Positions 1 to 13,937 of a DNA stretch of 64,000 nucleotides are shown piece by piece. This DNA is from Balanoglossus misakiensis (taxonomy: Eukaryota; Animalia; Hemichordata), in the NCBI GenBank assembly GCA_040954595.2, contig CM082577.2:16995903-17059902 (forward strand), written 5' to 3'. Position numbers and translations under genes: made by a program. Each line of letters starts with the position of its first letter. Positions within the stretch are counted from its first letter, which is position 1. The notes under the pieces were generated by a model. It did no database searches and was not told the DNA's origin. It saw only the letters and a list, made by a program, of their open reading frames with translations.

Positions 1-469
1 ATAAAGAACTACCAAGGAAACTCATGTGACAATCGTCTTTCTCTTTTTGTACGCCAATTAAATTTTCGCTGTCGATGTATTTTCATTTTCAATTTCTAAA
101 TATGTTACAGGTCTTGTTGTAAAATAGTTGAAAAAAAACACCTGCAAAAATGTTGTGATTTTGTCCGGATTGTGTTCTGATAACACCAATTACTGTATAT
201 ACTCTACTTATATTCTATTTTTCATAAAATCAAACATACAATAAATATCAATACTGAAAATGTTATGGTATGAAAATATTTCAACAAGTGTGAATTCATC
301 CTTCACAAGAACAGAACTTTATGAAACATTAACACATTTTTTTTGTCAATCTTTTCAATTGTAATGAAATATTTCGACCATTTGTTGTTCTCAAATATGT
401 TCATTGTTCATTAAACTTGTTTAATAATTGAAGGAACATTTTGTCCTTTGCTACATCCAATTTTAATTT

Positions 470-658
470 TTATCTTCTTTCCTCCCTTTCCAATTCAAAC
501 CTCTCTCGCGCCAGACGAAGTTCTTCTTCTTTCAACTTTAATTCCTGTTCTCGAATTTTGGCCTCATTTCTCCCCTTCTCTTCGAGGACAGAAAGATAAT
601 CCTCAATCACACTAGATTTCTTTCTTCTCTTGGCTGGGTCTGCAAGTATTTTGCACAA
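470..658 (-). pseudogene. Coiled-coil C-terminal fragment, probably the accessory ORF of the adjacent Harbinger element
   Basis: E/K/R-rich helix (KIREQELKLKEEELRLARERFELEREERR) just downstream of and co-oriented with the Harbinger transposase; identity is inferred from context. Confidence 0.4.
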
Positions 659-936
659 TTAAATGATCATATTGGAAGTAGTATACAACTTTGTTAATTA
701 GAAAAATTACCCATTCAAGAGAAACAACAGTAATCACGATAATTGTTAGAAACCAATATAAACTCATAATAAATATCCACAATATTTTAGAAATTACCAC
801 ACCCTCCCTCTCCCTTGCTATCTATAACTCCCAATCTCTGTCTTCTTCCCTCGCATGAACTATTTAGCGAACTGCTAAATAGTCCCCCAAAACTAGAGGA
901 TCAATGCCAAAGTACAAACTAGTAATACTGCCATAC

Positions 937-2318
937 CATATGTATGAAAGCCCGTTAGGGACATTTCGTAAAGCAAAAAAAAATTTTTTGTCTCGTGAGC
1001 ACGAGATACTAAGTCGTGAGCACGAGATACTAAGTCGTGAGCACGAGATACTAAGTCGTGAGCACGACATACTAAGTCGTGAGCACGACATACTAAGTCG
1101 TGCGCACGAGATAATTATCTCGTGCTCACGAGATACTACTGTAAGTCGTGCGCACGAGATAATTATCTCGTGCTCACGAAATAGTTTTGCATGTTATTGC
1201 AATGAACCTAAGGTTACGTGGCCAGACAGTTTTATTATTATGTATGTCACATTCAATGTCACCAGAAAGTCACTGCTAAATATCAGACTAAGGGCTTTCC
1301 AGATCTGAGTCTCAAGCATTTCATCACAATGTTTTGAAGGGTGGGTAATAGTTCTAAATTTTGCTTTGCTTTGAGTTATACACTTATTAAACACTGAAAC
1401 GGGTATTGGCTACCTCGCCAAATTTAGAGTTGCAGCGAATCTTTTCGGAGCAAGAAATAGCAGCTTATCACTCGCTTAAACATAAAAGATCAAAACATAT
1501 GTATTCATGTCAGCGTTCCGGGCAATGTGTTTCACTCCACCGTTAATGTTTAAGAATAGCAAAATATACTAGAATTCCAGTGCTATATAATAACTGCTTA
1601 CGATCATAAGACCCCCAAACGTTTTTTGCTTGATTTGTAATGTGTAATACATTCCTGTATCAACTCACAGGAATACACCTTATTTTAATTCTGACAAAAT
1701 AATTTGAAATGTAGGATTGTCACTCCTTTGGATTTTTTGTGAAGAATGTGCTGGTTACGACGTCGCTAACGACATATTTTATTGATAGATATATGATGAA
1801 GTAGCTGGGCGCTTTCTTGGACAATTACAGGACCATGTTGAAGATATTTCATCCATCTGTATTTATGTATAGCCGACCGGTTGATAGCTTAGGTATGATA
1901 TGTCGTCGGTGGCATCTGACTGGTGTTTTCGTCTGTGCAATCCATTCTTGTACAATATTCTCTTTAAATTTCACAAGCTCAGAATAAATTCGTGATATTT
2001 GCTTTCAAAGCCAACATTTCACAGTAGTTGAAACCCATGTTGAAATATAAAGGAATGGCTTCTTTCCTTTCATAATGAAGTGAAAATCACCAAGCATCAG
2101 CAATAAAGTGTATGAAACTTCATAGTTAATAATGCCAGTGCTAATAATATACTATGAGGCAGTATCTCGTGAGCACAAGATAGTAAGTCGTGAGCACGAC
2201 TTAGTATGTCGTGCTCACGACTTAGTATCTCGTGCTCACGACTTAGTATCTCGTGCTCACGAGATAAAATTTTTTTTTTTGCTTTACGAAATGTCCCTAA
2301 CGGGCTTTCATACATATG
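937..2318. mobile_element. Non-autonomous TIR element bounded by CATATG, with subterminal 21-bp palindromic tandem repeats
   Basis: Left CATATGTATGAAAGCCCGTTAGGGACATTTCGTAAAGC matches the reverse complement at 2281-2318. Arrays of TCGTGAGCACGAGATACTAAG at ~992-1180 and inverted at ~2160-2265. Confidence 0.85.
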
Positions 2319-2503
2319 ATACTTTGCAACTGGTTGTAAAAATAATTTCTGGTTCTTCTTATAATCAAGAAAAGCAAAGTTGGTAATGATTTTGCCAAAC
2401 ATCCACTCAACACATTCCCGCACTGATGACATCCTACTGTTAAAATTTTCCTGGTCGTGTGTGATGACAGCTCCCCTAAAAGGTGCTTGCAGCTGTGGTT
2501 TAA

Positions 2504-3298
2504 GATGGGTCCCTAGGATCTTTTTGCCCGTTGCTATGGGCCTTTAAAGGACACTACACTCAATTTTGATCGAAACCGTTATAAACGTCCGACAAGGGGC
2601 TTGTAACTAGTTAAAAATACACACGATTGTGTGCACACCCCCTGTCTGAGTATGTTTACGGCAGCTACCGCCCGGCCATAGGCCGCCACGCTAATACGGC
2701 AAAGCAGCGGTCAGCGATAGCGTGCGCGTCCTGTAACCACAGTAACTGGATCGAACGCTAAAAATCCAATGTTTTGTACACAGAGATTTTGTACCGTTCA
2801 CGAAAATCCCTAAGGCTTTTTTCACAGGCGACGTAGGCCAGCCAAATTTGACCTGCTTGTTGAGAACGCACTTCCGCATAGTGTGACGGATCGTTTTTTC
2901 GGTTTTCGTCGTGCTAAGAAGCGATACCAGTGGAAGAGTGCGTCCAAAAACACCCAAAATCGATGACTTTTTCAGGTGTGGTACGGGTATGCTGAAATCG
3001 TAGGATACAACGATAATATTCGAAAACAAAATCCGTCACGATCTTCCCTGGTTCAAGCAACTAATGAATACGTATCAAGTTCGTTTTTGAGGTCACGGAA
3101 TAAAAAGCCTTAGGCTTTTGAAATTTGACCTAACTAATTTGCATATCAATGGCGTCAGGGGGCGCGCGCTCACAATCGTGCGTATTTTTAACTAGTTACC
3201 AGCCCCTTGTTAGACTCTGAAAACGGCTTAGTCCAAATCGGGGTGTAATGTCCTATAAAGGCCCATAGCAACGGGCAAAAAGATCCTAGGGACCCATC
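2504..3298. mobile_element. TTAA-targeting MITE (Kolobok-like)
   Basis: TTAA at 2500-2503 and 3299-3302; ~55-bp TIR GATGGGTCCCTAGGATCTTTTTGCCCGTTGCTATGGGCCTTTA; removal restores the Harbinger reading frame. Confidence 0.85.
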
Positions 3299-4364
3299 TT
3301 AATGGGGTAGGCTGGGTCACCGTAAACTCAACACGCAACGCCTGCAGGATTGGTTGGGAGGTTATCCAGTTTGGTCAGGAGACCACTTTCGTTTAATATC
3401 TCACAATCATGACGTCTTCCTTCGATTCGGCAAAACAGGTTTGCAATGAGGCCGTCCGGTGTTACCAGTGATTTGAACTTAATACTGTGTACTCGTTTGT
3501 GTCCGTTGTAACACATTCGCTGTATGTATTTTGGTCGACAAATAGGTCTAACAGTTCCATCGATAAAGCCAAAACAATTGGTGTACGGGGCACCCATCTC
3601 ATGTATTCCATTGGCGTACGTTTCCAGGCGCTGACCATCCAGCCATGGGTGGTCCAGGTCGATCAACAGGTGGCCAAATCTGTCATCAACCGTCTCGTTT
3701 ATCATGGTCGGAAGAACGGATTTGGGTCTACCGAACATGCTTTACAAATCAGAAAGTCTGTTCGGATATGAAAATCTTTGTAACATCATACACTGTACAT
3801 CTATATCAGAGGCGACACTTCTGTCAGGGAAAGTTATGCGTTCCGTAAAACCAAGAGCTGTTGCTAGTCTGGGAATATCCGCCTTTTCAAATCGAAAGTT
3901 GACTTTCGCTTGATCGTCGGTCATCTTATTCAGGTCGAAACGCTTTGCCAAGGTGGCATCGTACGTATTATACGACCTCCACCACCTTCTAACAGTGCAA
4001 GCGTAAAGAGGTCATAATCGCTGTTAAGCAGAGCTAAATCGGCGAGGGCGGCCATTATAAAATAGCAAATGCGCGTGCCACACAAACTGACGATTGACGT
4101 GAAGCCAAACGCTGTTCATGTGAACGTCTAACGCGAACGCGAACGTTGGTTCTACGCGTTCACGTTCACGTAAAACGTGTAGCCGAACTTGTCTATTGTG
4201 TCGTTAAAGATGTACGTTCAGTAAAATTGAAAGTATTGTCTTTTTTTTATTGTGGATTTTTTTTATTCTCCTTTGTATGTATAATGAAAATCCGTAATAA
4301 AATATAGGGGTCACCGCGCTTGTTTTTGAAATACAGAGCCATGAATTTGGTCGATAATTAGAGA

Positions 4365-4481
4365 TTATAAACGGCTAGCGAGGGTATTTGGTTGCGGATA
4401 TAAGACCAAATATGCTAATTTTCACCTGAGAGGTCTTATATCCGCAACCAAATACCCGAGCGCACCCCTTATAACCTCATT
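4365..4481. repeat. Hairpin flanked by TTATAA, probable Crypton terminal structure
   Basis: Arms GGGTATTTGGTTGCGGATATAAGACC / GGTCTTATATCCGCAACCAAATACCC around a 24-nt loop, downstream of the tyrosine recombinase ORF. Confidence 0.55.
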
Positions 4482-4889
4482 GTAATATGATTTCGTTTGA
4501 TAAAAGTCGATAAAATGATAATCTCGCCTGGATTCGAAGTTGAACAGCCATCATGTACGGGGATTGTCATGCCGGTTCAGGGGCCTCATCACACCTTCAA
4601 CGCATGTCATTCCGATCTCGCGCACACTAGCACTCGACTCAAAAAATAAAGTACAGCGATCCATTTCTATATTTCATAAACTTTGAAAACATTTATTTTT
4701 AAAAACGCTCAATGTGAATTAAAATTAAGTAAATAATGTTACTCTTAGTCTTAAATACATTAATAAAGTGGAACTATTAATAAATGCGCAAGAATATATT
4801 TACATGTCTGCGAAGTAGTCAGCAGAAACACCACGGGAGTATTACGTTTCCGATCAATCAACCATGCTCAACATTAGAAATGTACATCT

Positions 4890-5621
4890 TTAATTATGCT
4901 TGGAGGAATTATAGGTACTTGTATAAACATATACATTGCCCTGGAAGTTGCAGTTATTGAACATATTGGATGGTGTTATGGAATTTGAGGGGAGAGTTTG
5001 GCATGTGGATATATTTCTCTCGCACCGTTGTGGTGAGCAAGCAACCGCCAAAGACGTAGCAGACGGAGCTGGGGTCCCATCAGCTGTTATGATACCGGTA
5101 GGTTTATCGTGAATCGATGACATTAAAATGTCACTACACTGCCGTTTCTGTTCATTCGAACTGTCACGACAATAACTACGAATGCTTCCTTCGTTGCGAT
5201 GACCGCTGAGATTCATGATTATTCTCGTTGGGACCCCAGCGTCGTTCAGCGACTTAATGGTTGTTGCTCGCACACAGTGGTTTGTGTATATTACGCTCAA
5301 CTCTGCCGCTTTTGGTATTTTCTTCATCATTTCCCCTAGTGAATTGTGCCCAAGGGGGCTGTTTACATACCACGTGTTTTCACTGCCGGAGAAATTGGGA
5401 ATGGGACGCTGGAAAAACGCAGTACAGTTGGGATGGAGTTTACCGTTATATTTCAAAATGGCCGTAACTGGGCAGAGGGGAGAACCCGTTTTATACATCC
5501 GCTTCTCACTTTCAAAATTATCTTTCAAATCCCCGGGGTGGTTTTTAGTGGCTTCCAAGTAGGCCAACGTAATATATCGCCGACTACTGGGAGATAAAAT
5601 ATGTATCACAGTCAACTCCAT
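4890..5621 (-). pseudogene. Crypton tyrosine recombinase, C-terminal half (DUF3504/KCTD1-ZMYM-like), 5'-truncated
   Basis: KNHPG...CPV...FFQRP...WY...PLGHN...YTNHCVRAT...SGHRNEGSIRSY contains the H-x-x-R, H and Y catalytic residues; abuts the piggyBac fragment. Confidence 0.85.
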
Positions 5622-6754
5622 GGTTCAGAACAGTGTTTTCAAGGAACAGATTTCAGTTGCTATTGAAGTTTTTCCATATTGTCAACAACGAAGCACTTCC
5701 ACAACATGGAGATCCTGCATATGATCCCAGGAATAAATTTCAATCGCTTATTGACCACTGCAACCGACTATTCCGGTACTACTACACACCACGGCAACAA
5801 TTGTCCGTTGATGAATCCCTGGTTGGTAGCCGCAATAGAACCGATCTCATCCAGTATATGCCAGCAAAAAACCATCACAGATTTGGCATAAAATTGTGGG
5901 TAGCATGTGAAAGTCTGTCTGGATACATCTGTTCTTTATTGGCCTATGGAGGGGCAGTCAGAGAGAGAGGTGGTGAGAATGGCCTATCATATGATGTTGT
6001 CATGCGTGTTCTCCAAATAGCCCAGCTGCTGCAAAAAGGGTACCACGTCGTCGTAGACAACTTCTATACAGGCATGACACTTGCAAGAGATGTACTAGCT
6101 AACCAGACATACTTGACTGGAACTCTCCGCTCCAATCGCAGGGGAATACCTGCTATGATTCGGAATACCAAACCACCGGAATATGCCAGACAAGGGCATC
6201 TACTCTGCGCATCATTTCGAGAAAAAGTATCACGAAAACCAGTCATGCTTCTATCATCACAAATGTCTGCACAGGTTGATGAAGATCACCGACCCAAACC
6301 ACAAATTTGCACGTTTTACAACAAGTACATGTGTGGCGTTGACATGGCAGACATGATGTTGTATGTTTATAACGATGAGAGGAAGTCACTGAAATTTTGG
6401 AAAAAGATGGTCTTCAATCTTTTTCATCGTATGATGCTCAACGCTTACATCCTCTACAAACAAAACACAAACCATGACCATGTGTTCACCCGAGAATAGT
6501 TCTGCAAGGAAGTGATTGAGGGATTGGCAGGGGACCACATCACAAACACTGGAGGCCTCCAAGTGAACAACAACAACAACAACCATGTTCGTCATCAACC
6601 TCTCCGAAGACTCGCGGACAATCGTGAGAAAGATTGCTGTGTGTGTTCCGATCGAGCAGCTGGCATACGCCATAGATCCCGCACTGTTTGTGCGACATGC
6701 CAGCGAGGTCTTCATCGGGACTGCATGGAAAACCACCAGTGCCGGGGTTAGACA

Positions 6755-6756
<2 letters not shown>

Positions 6757-6790
<34 letters not shown>

Positions 6791-6872
6791 ATACATACAT
6801 ACATACATACATACATACATACATACATACATACATACATACATACATACATACATACATGATACATATATA
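6757..6872. repeat. (CA)n/(TACA)n microsatellite
   Basis: Directly visible. Confidence 0.95.
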
Positions 6873-6879
6873 CATTGTT

Positions 6880-7023
6880 CGGATATGCAGACAGTTCGGT
6901 TATTCGGATAACGATCATATACAACAGAACTGTTTGTGGGACATGACAGCAGTGCGGATAACCAAACAATTCGGATAATTGGAGTTCGGATAATTGGAGT
7001 TCAGATAATTGGAGTTTTACTGT
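6880..7023. mobile_element. Tc1/pogo-like MITE fragment
   Basis: Ends in ...TTCGGATAATTGGAG (x3) TTTTACTG; the reverse complement begins CAGTAAAACTCC, a typical pogo/Tigger terminus. Confidence 0.45.
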
Positions 7024-8992
7024 TTATATACGTACGTAGTACACCTATGACAACTACCATAACAAATTTTATTACAATTATATGCATTATTATGCATTGT
7101 TATTTGTGGTCTTCTTTATAAAGCTTTCACAGTCAACTTCATGTTTCAAATATTGAAAGTTGGATTTTGACTTTTGTATCACTGATAACAATTGTAGGTA
7201 CATAATACTATCTTACCCATAAGAAATGTTAATAAATTGAAAGATGAAATCAAATTACCTTTTAAAAGTACATTTGTATGTGTGCTACAACACATACTTC
7301 TTTTATTTCAAAAGAATGCCATGGCAATAAAGTTTCTCAAAGTGTTGATACTTACCATTGCACTTGATTGTAGTTTTTCAAGATGGCTGCCATTTTGCAT
7401 CAAATTTGCATATATTTTGCATATTTTTGGCAACCACATTTTGACATTTCTTGTATGAAGATATTATTGACTGTCCTGAATAAAGCATTTTATGTATTCA
7501 CGTATTTTTATATGTAGGATCCATAAAGTCATCAATATGGTCCACAGTCAATGTTGTTTTATGTGTTTATATTCACAGAACAGTTCACCTTCCTCCATAT
7601 TTTTCAAGTAAATTAGTGAAATTGTTCTATTTGTGTCACATAGCTGGAAGAGTAACACTCTTTGACTCTTTAGGTAATTTCTATAAACATATAAATGATC
7701 ACTTACTCATAATTTACTAAAAAAAAGTAATTTGTAAAGTATTTTGTATATGATTTGTATAACCAGAATGGTATGACATCATATCTCATTTACATATTCA
7801 TGAGCTAATTAGCATAAATTTGGGACTAAATAAAAGCCCATATCTAAAGCTTTGTAATGATATATAGGTGTACTGGGGTTCAACAACAATATTCAAAGTT
7901 ATTACATTATACTCCTAGGTATGTATCAGTTATTATGCTTATACCCTTTAACCTGTGGCATTTCTATGGTTTGCATGGGGCATTCAAAGAGTTAAACCAT
8001 GATCAGCTGTTAGTAATAACGGGCCCCGAAGGTTAAGTTTATCGCGCTATTTCTGAGTGAAATCAGACGAAATATGAGACACAAGAGGTATCACTTCACC
8101 TGACGATATTTTTGGTAGGTAAATATGGATGAAAACACTGATAACACGGCGAATTCAGAAAACTACGTGAACGTTACTTGGATTGACAGCGCGCGGCCCC
8201 ATTGTTTACAACGCCAGACATTTTATAACGGGTCGAACAACATTGACTTTTCGAATGGAAATTGCAAGCAGCATATGAATTTCAAAATGTTCAAATCATT
8301 GTTAAATATTTATATTGAAGACGTGTCAGTTTAAAATCTAAACTCAAACTTTTAATATCCACCACCTGATACACCTCTCTCTCTCTGCGTTTTTGGCTTC
8401 GGAAACGGAACAAAAAATATACTCGATGTTGGGTCAAGGTACCTTTCATCTGATTTACACGTCCCCCAGGCGCATCTCTTCACTATTCTGGCCGATATTT
8501 TAAGACCATTAAGTTCCTAAAACTGAAAAATAACTTCCAGTCTGTCTATCTCTAACTGAGGGTGTACTGTAGGCTGGGCCATGTTGTTGATTATATGTGG
8601 GACAAAATGGCGGTTGTGTGAACAGCATGACTTTTCTCGGCTCTGATTGGCTGAGGGTTCAGTGTGATTGACAGCTGTGGAACCATGAATCAAATGCAAA
8701 GTTTATTAGCTATTCTCCGTTCAGGGCCAAGTTGTGCTAGGTCATCTTGTTGAGAATATAAACCCTGGCTCCAGCCAATCAGCAAGCTAGATTCACACCA
8801 AGCATATTATAATTCCGGTTATCAAGTATAAATATCGTCCCGTTGCCAAGCACCCGTGGATCGCTCTCCATGGAACGTCGCAATCACGTCTGCTAAGGGG
8901 TTCTGAATAAAGTTAGCCTTGAAATCAGTTGGTAATGACAACAGATCATGCCATGGAGTTGGCAGTCTGTGGATATGTTTCTGATTGTGCAG

Positions 8993-10070
8993 TTTTTAGC
9001 TCTGCAGTCACTTGTGTCAGCTGAGCTGTAGCAGTAAGTTGATTAGTGTCCGTCCGTCGTCCGTCCGTCGTCTGTCGTCCGTCAACTTTTGGTATTTCAA
9101 CTTGGCATATTTAGCTGACATTTGGTTGGAATGTGTGTTATGGTGCCCTTACCTGATTTTGTTAATTTGGATTTGATGGGGTCATGAATATGCAAATTTG
9201 ATCTAAAAATAGAAGTTTGGGTAAAAATCTTCTTCTCCACAACTACATGTACGATGGAGCTGAAATTTGATAGGAATGTGTGTTATGGTGCCCCTACCTG
9301 ATTTTGTTAATTTGGATTTGATGGGGTCATGAATATACAAATTAGATCTAAAAATATAATTTTTGGTCAAAAATCTTCTTCTCCATAACTACATGTACGA
9401 TGGAGCTGAAATTTGGTAGGAATTTGTGTTATGGTGCCCCTACCTGATTTTGTAAATTTGGATTTGATGGGGTCATGAATATACAAATTAGATCTAAAAA
9501 TATAATTTTTGGTCAAAAATCTTCTTCTCCACAACTACATGTACAATCGAGCTGAAATTTGGTAGGAATGTGTGTTATAGTGCCCCTACCTGATTTTGTA
9601 AATTTGGATTTGATGGGGTCATGAATATGCAAATTAGATCTAGAAATAGAATTTTTGGTCAAAATTCTTCTTCTCCATAACTACATGTACGATGGAGCTG
9701 AAATTTGGTAGGAATGTGTGTTATGGTGCCCCTACCTGATTTTGTTAATTTGGATTTGATTGGGTCATGAATATACAAATTAGATCTAAAAATAGAATTT
9801 TTGGTCAAAAATCTTCTTCTCCATAACTACATGTACGATGGAGCTGAAATTTGGTAGGAATGTTTCTGATTGTGCAGTTTTTAGCTCTGCTGTCACTTGT
9901 GTCAGCTGAGCTGTAGCAGTAAGTTGATCAGTGTCCGTCCGTCGTCCGTCAACTTTTGGTATTTCAACTTGGCATATTTAGCTGACATTTGGTTGGAATG
10001 TGTGTTATGGTGCCCCTACCTGATTTTGTTAATTGGAATTTTGATGGGGTCATGAATATGCAAATTAGAA
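8993..10070 (+). mobile_element. Helentron-associated non-autonomous element (HINE/DINE-1-like) with 146-bp internal tandem repeats
   Basis: Head TTTTTAGCTC...GAGCT, (CCGT/CGT)n microsatellite, then ~5 copies of a 146-bp unit (anchor at 9255, 9401, 9547, 9693, 9839); second head at 9878. Confidence 0.7.
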
Positions 10071-10129
10071 CCTTGTTGCTTCGTTTCGATGTTGTTCTTT
10101 AGGATTCAATTCTTTCTTTCTTTCTTTAG

Positions 10130-13100
10130 CACAATGAATCAAGCTGAATTTGGATAAATACTTGTGATGTCTATGTTTGCTTTTGTTCAATATAATACAA
10201 TTGTTATGAATTAAAACCTAGGGTATTCAAATCATTGCCCAGGTTACACTGTTAAAGTCAGCAGAGCTCTTTTGACCGACAGTGCACTTGTTTGATGAAT
10301 AAAATGTAAATATCTTTTCTACAAAAATTACTGAAACAAATGGGTTCTAAATCTGTATGAGGGAGTGAAATATCAAATTGAATGGGTGTTATCTCCCCTG
10401 TATCATCATTGTTACTTGAAATGTAATGATCAAGTTGTGTTTTCCACTTTTGGGGGATAGAATCCCAAAGTAACTGAATTGTTCTGTGTAAAACTCTAAC
10501 AGAATTAACCGAAACATCTCTTTGCATTTCAAGGGTGGTTTACTTGCGTTTTTCACCAAAATTGAAAAGATCAAAAATTTTTACGACGCCCCCAACAATA
10601 AACTGCTTCAGATACAGGGGGCATTTCTGTGCAGGATGTAAAACCAGTGGGTTGTAAAATAAAGGCTCTGAAATAATATCAGTAACAGTAATCTGAATAT
10701 TGCATCGCTTCGTATCAAGCAGCAACCAAGTTTTCAGTAACTGGTACTAGAAGGGAGGAGCATGATCATTTATGTTAATAATATCTGATAAAATAAGAGC
10801 AAAAACATTAATTCTATAACTGAGTTTAACTATTTTGTTAAAGAAAAAGCTTGCATAGTGATGTAAACAGTAATCAGAGTTATCATACAGCAGTTTTCGT
10901 ATACGCATCATTCGAAAGCTGTTAATTTTACTTTGAATGTGAACAATGGCCTAACCTCCCTAATCAACCGGCAAGTACAGCAGTTCATGTGGAAGCCAAT
11001 GCCTTCCTTGCCAAAAGAAATTAACACAAAGAATTTGAACATTGGTAACAAGATCATCAGGGGGTGGTATGCAGAGAAACTTGTGCCAAGGTTTTGATGT
11101 CGCTAACTTATTAATTATAATAGCTCTACCACGGTAAGAAATGACTTTTGCATACAGTTTCCATCTTTTAAGCGTTGGCTCAACATAGTCCATCAGACCC
11201 TCCCAGTTTTTCTTAATGTACTCCGTATCATTGCCAAGGTAAACACCTAAAAATTTCAAACCTTGACTGTTCCATGACAGGTCTAAAGGACAGTCCCTTC
11301 TATAACGCCAACTTCCAGCCCAGAGACCTTTGAACTTCTGGAAATTAATTTTAGCGTTAGAAGCCTTTTCATACACATCAAGCCAATAAGAAAGCCCATC
11401 AAAATCCTGGTCACAAGTGACAAAAACATTTATATCATCGGCATAGCCAGAAAGAACTTTTTTTCTTGAATTTACGCCAGGTATTGAAAAACCACGCATA
11501 TTATTACTTGTCCGTAGTTTGTGTAATAATATTATAGATCAATAATATTATAGATCAGCCTGATGTAATAAATGAAACCTTCACCAGGCTTGTAAAGTGT
11601 TGAAAAGGTAGCTGTGATGCACTCGATCAAACGCTTTCTCTTGATCAAGTGAAACAATGGCCAGTGGACTTTGATATTTATTTGCATAATAAAGAGTGTC
11701 GCGAATACAGTGAATATTATTAAATATTGTCCTACCCGGAATACAATAACTTCTTGATTAACTATTTCGCCCAGAGCAAGTTTAAGTCTTAAAAAAAGGT
11801 CTTTGTGAAGATTTTGTAATCAGAACACAAACGTGAGACAGGCCTCCAGTTGTTAAGTAGGCTATTGTCGCCTTTCTTTGGTAACAAAGTGACCAAAGCT
11901 CGGCGACAAGACAGCGGTAGAATTCTAGTTTGGATCGACTCAAGTAAAACATCATAAACGTCTTGTCCAAAAACAGTCCAAAAGCATTTATGAAATTCTG
12001 ACGGAATGCCGTCAATTCCCGGAGATTTGTTATTGCGAAGTAACCGAACTGACTTGGTAAGTTCATCAAAGGTAATTTGTTGATCAAGAGAATGCTTTGT
12101 ATCATCCGACAATCTTGGAATATCTGTTAAAATCTCACTAAGACGTTCCAAATCAAATTCACCTGGAGTGTAGAGTGATCTATAGAACTCTCTTGCAGCT
12201 TTTCGAATGGTTGCTGGATCCCCAGTAACAAAATTGTTACCAATTTTGAGTTGTGTCATCATCTTTCGTGCAATTTTACGTTTTTCCAGATCAAAGAAAA
12301 ACCTCGTGGATTTGTCACTTTCAGTAATAAATTAAAATCTAGATCTAACCCACGCTCCCTTGACTTCAGTTATGAGAATATCATTCAGTCGCGCTATTTT
12401 CTGTCCATAATCTGCGTGATCAACATTATTAGAACACATATTATTTTCGATAACGGAAAGCTCTTTCAGAAGTTTTTCTTTCGTCGCTAGCTCATTTTGA
12501 CGTCGACCAACACTATACTGTTGTGATAACAATTTTATCTGAATTTTGCCCGCGTCCCACCAGTTTTGTATGCAATCAAATTCCGATCTCTTTGTTTTCC
12601 AGCCACACCAAAAATCACTGATCAGGGACTTATACGCCTCATCATCTAACAAAGAAGTATTTAAGGTCCAACAAGCATTTTTGTGAACAACGTGTTTTTG
12701 AGTGATCCGCATCTGCATAATGCAATGATCCGAAAAAGTAACTGGAACAATAATAGCAAAACAACCCTATTAGTAATAAATTTACTGACATATAAGCGAT
12801 CTAACCGCGCATGGGCATTATGACCGTGCCACGTGTAAGCGCGACTGGTAGGGTTGATTTGTCGCCAAGTATCAATAAGTTTAAACCTCTTGAGTAATTT
12901 ACAGAAGAACATAAAAGAAACATACAATCACAGCTTTGCTGTGTCTTCAAGGATTCTATAATAACACTGTAACGCTTTAACGCATCTCTACAACCACGAG
13001 TATTACAGGAGAGGATCGACAGATGAGCCAAGATTAATAAGTAGAGTGAAGAAATGAGATTCATTGTAGCAGAAGTATTAGACGACAACAGTCAAAACAA

Positions 13101-13500
13101 TGGTGACAATCCATTTTTTCTCATATCATTCCTTACTTTTTTCATTAGCTTACTTATTGACAGACCTTCCAGCAAATTATTTTGATTTGGGCAACATTCA
13201 CGACATCTATCTACATGATTTTTAAGAGACTATATATTTTCAAGAAAAATTGTTTTTCTTGTGTTGGTACAGTATGACATTGTGACAGGGGCGTTTGTTC
13301 GGTACTTTGTTCTTGAGATGAGTGTAGACTTTCGTCAGAAAGCCCTCTCCACTCTGTGACTGTGCTTAGCACACTAAGATGGCCCGAGTTAGGAATAATA
13401 TTTGCATCGACAAGGATATTTTCGTCCTCACTCATATTATCCAAATCCATCAGTAGGACTGTACTGATTTGTAGAGTATACCGAGGAAAGGTGTACATGC
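10130..13500 (-). mobile_element. Decayed Tx1/L1-clade non-LTR retrotransposon (ORF2 fragments)
   Basis: APE start (ILSCNTRG, ARLDRLYVS), WTLNTSLL, NKSPGIDGIPSEF, LLPKKGD..NWRPVS, GYADD and KFLGVYLG; many frameshifts and an internal deletion. Confidence 0.85.
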
Positions 13501-13937
13501 TGCATAAAGCGACAGTCAGTACAATGCATACTATCTACAGTACGTTACAGTGCACATTTGTTTCCAGTGACGGGTGGGCTCTATCGCTGTTTGCTGGCAA
13601 ACCATTTGTTCCAGTATTTGTTGTAATTCCTGGTAATATCTGACTCGTGTTCAATTGTGAAATATCGAAGTGATGGGTCAGGAACAATTACAACATTTCT
13701 GCAGATAACAAATTTCAGGTCAGTCTCTTGGATGTCGTCTGGATCTGGCCAAATAAAGTTGGATGAACTGCCTCGTTTGCGTGTCATGTATGAGATCAGC
13801 ACTTTGTTCAGATTCTCAACCTTCACAACGTGTCCAGGGTACCAATCATCCTCATTTGCTGTTATCACAGTATCTCCGGCCTTTACACTGATGGTCTCTG
13901 GTGAACTTTCTCTGCTGCCTTCTTCGTTGATACTTTT

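Larger units (their letters stand above)
864..4196 (-). mobile_element. Decayed PIF/Harbinger (DDE_Tnp_4-type) transposon interrupted by two MITEs
   Basis: Motifs FRFEK, GFIDGTVRPICRP, YNGHKRVHSIKF, EGRRHD, GDPAYP|KPQLQAPF, RECVEWMFG, FLDYKKNQK and YGSITSLYFG. The GDPAYP junction rejoins in frame after removing 2504-3298; about a dozen codons appear lost at 937-2318. Internal stops present. Probable end near 4196. Confidence 0.85.
5633..7991 (+). mobile_element. 5'-truncated piggyBac (PGBD-like) transposon
   Basis: SRNRF, LSVDESLV, QYMPAK..FGIKLW, VVDNFY, GTLRSNR and YNKYMCGVDMAD; premature TAG at 6497-6499 before the Cys-rich C-terminal domain (CCVC...CATC..GLH..C, ends 6751); candidate end ...CATTCAAAGAG followed by TTAA at 7992-7995. 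Confidence 0.85.

Noticed and set aside
904-1308. ORFs with SREHEIL / SCSRLSI repeats
   Set aside because: Read-through of the 21-bp MITE repeats.
7996-8970. Possible Crypton 5' region or promoter with CCAAT boxes
   Set aside because: No coding homology or definable ends.
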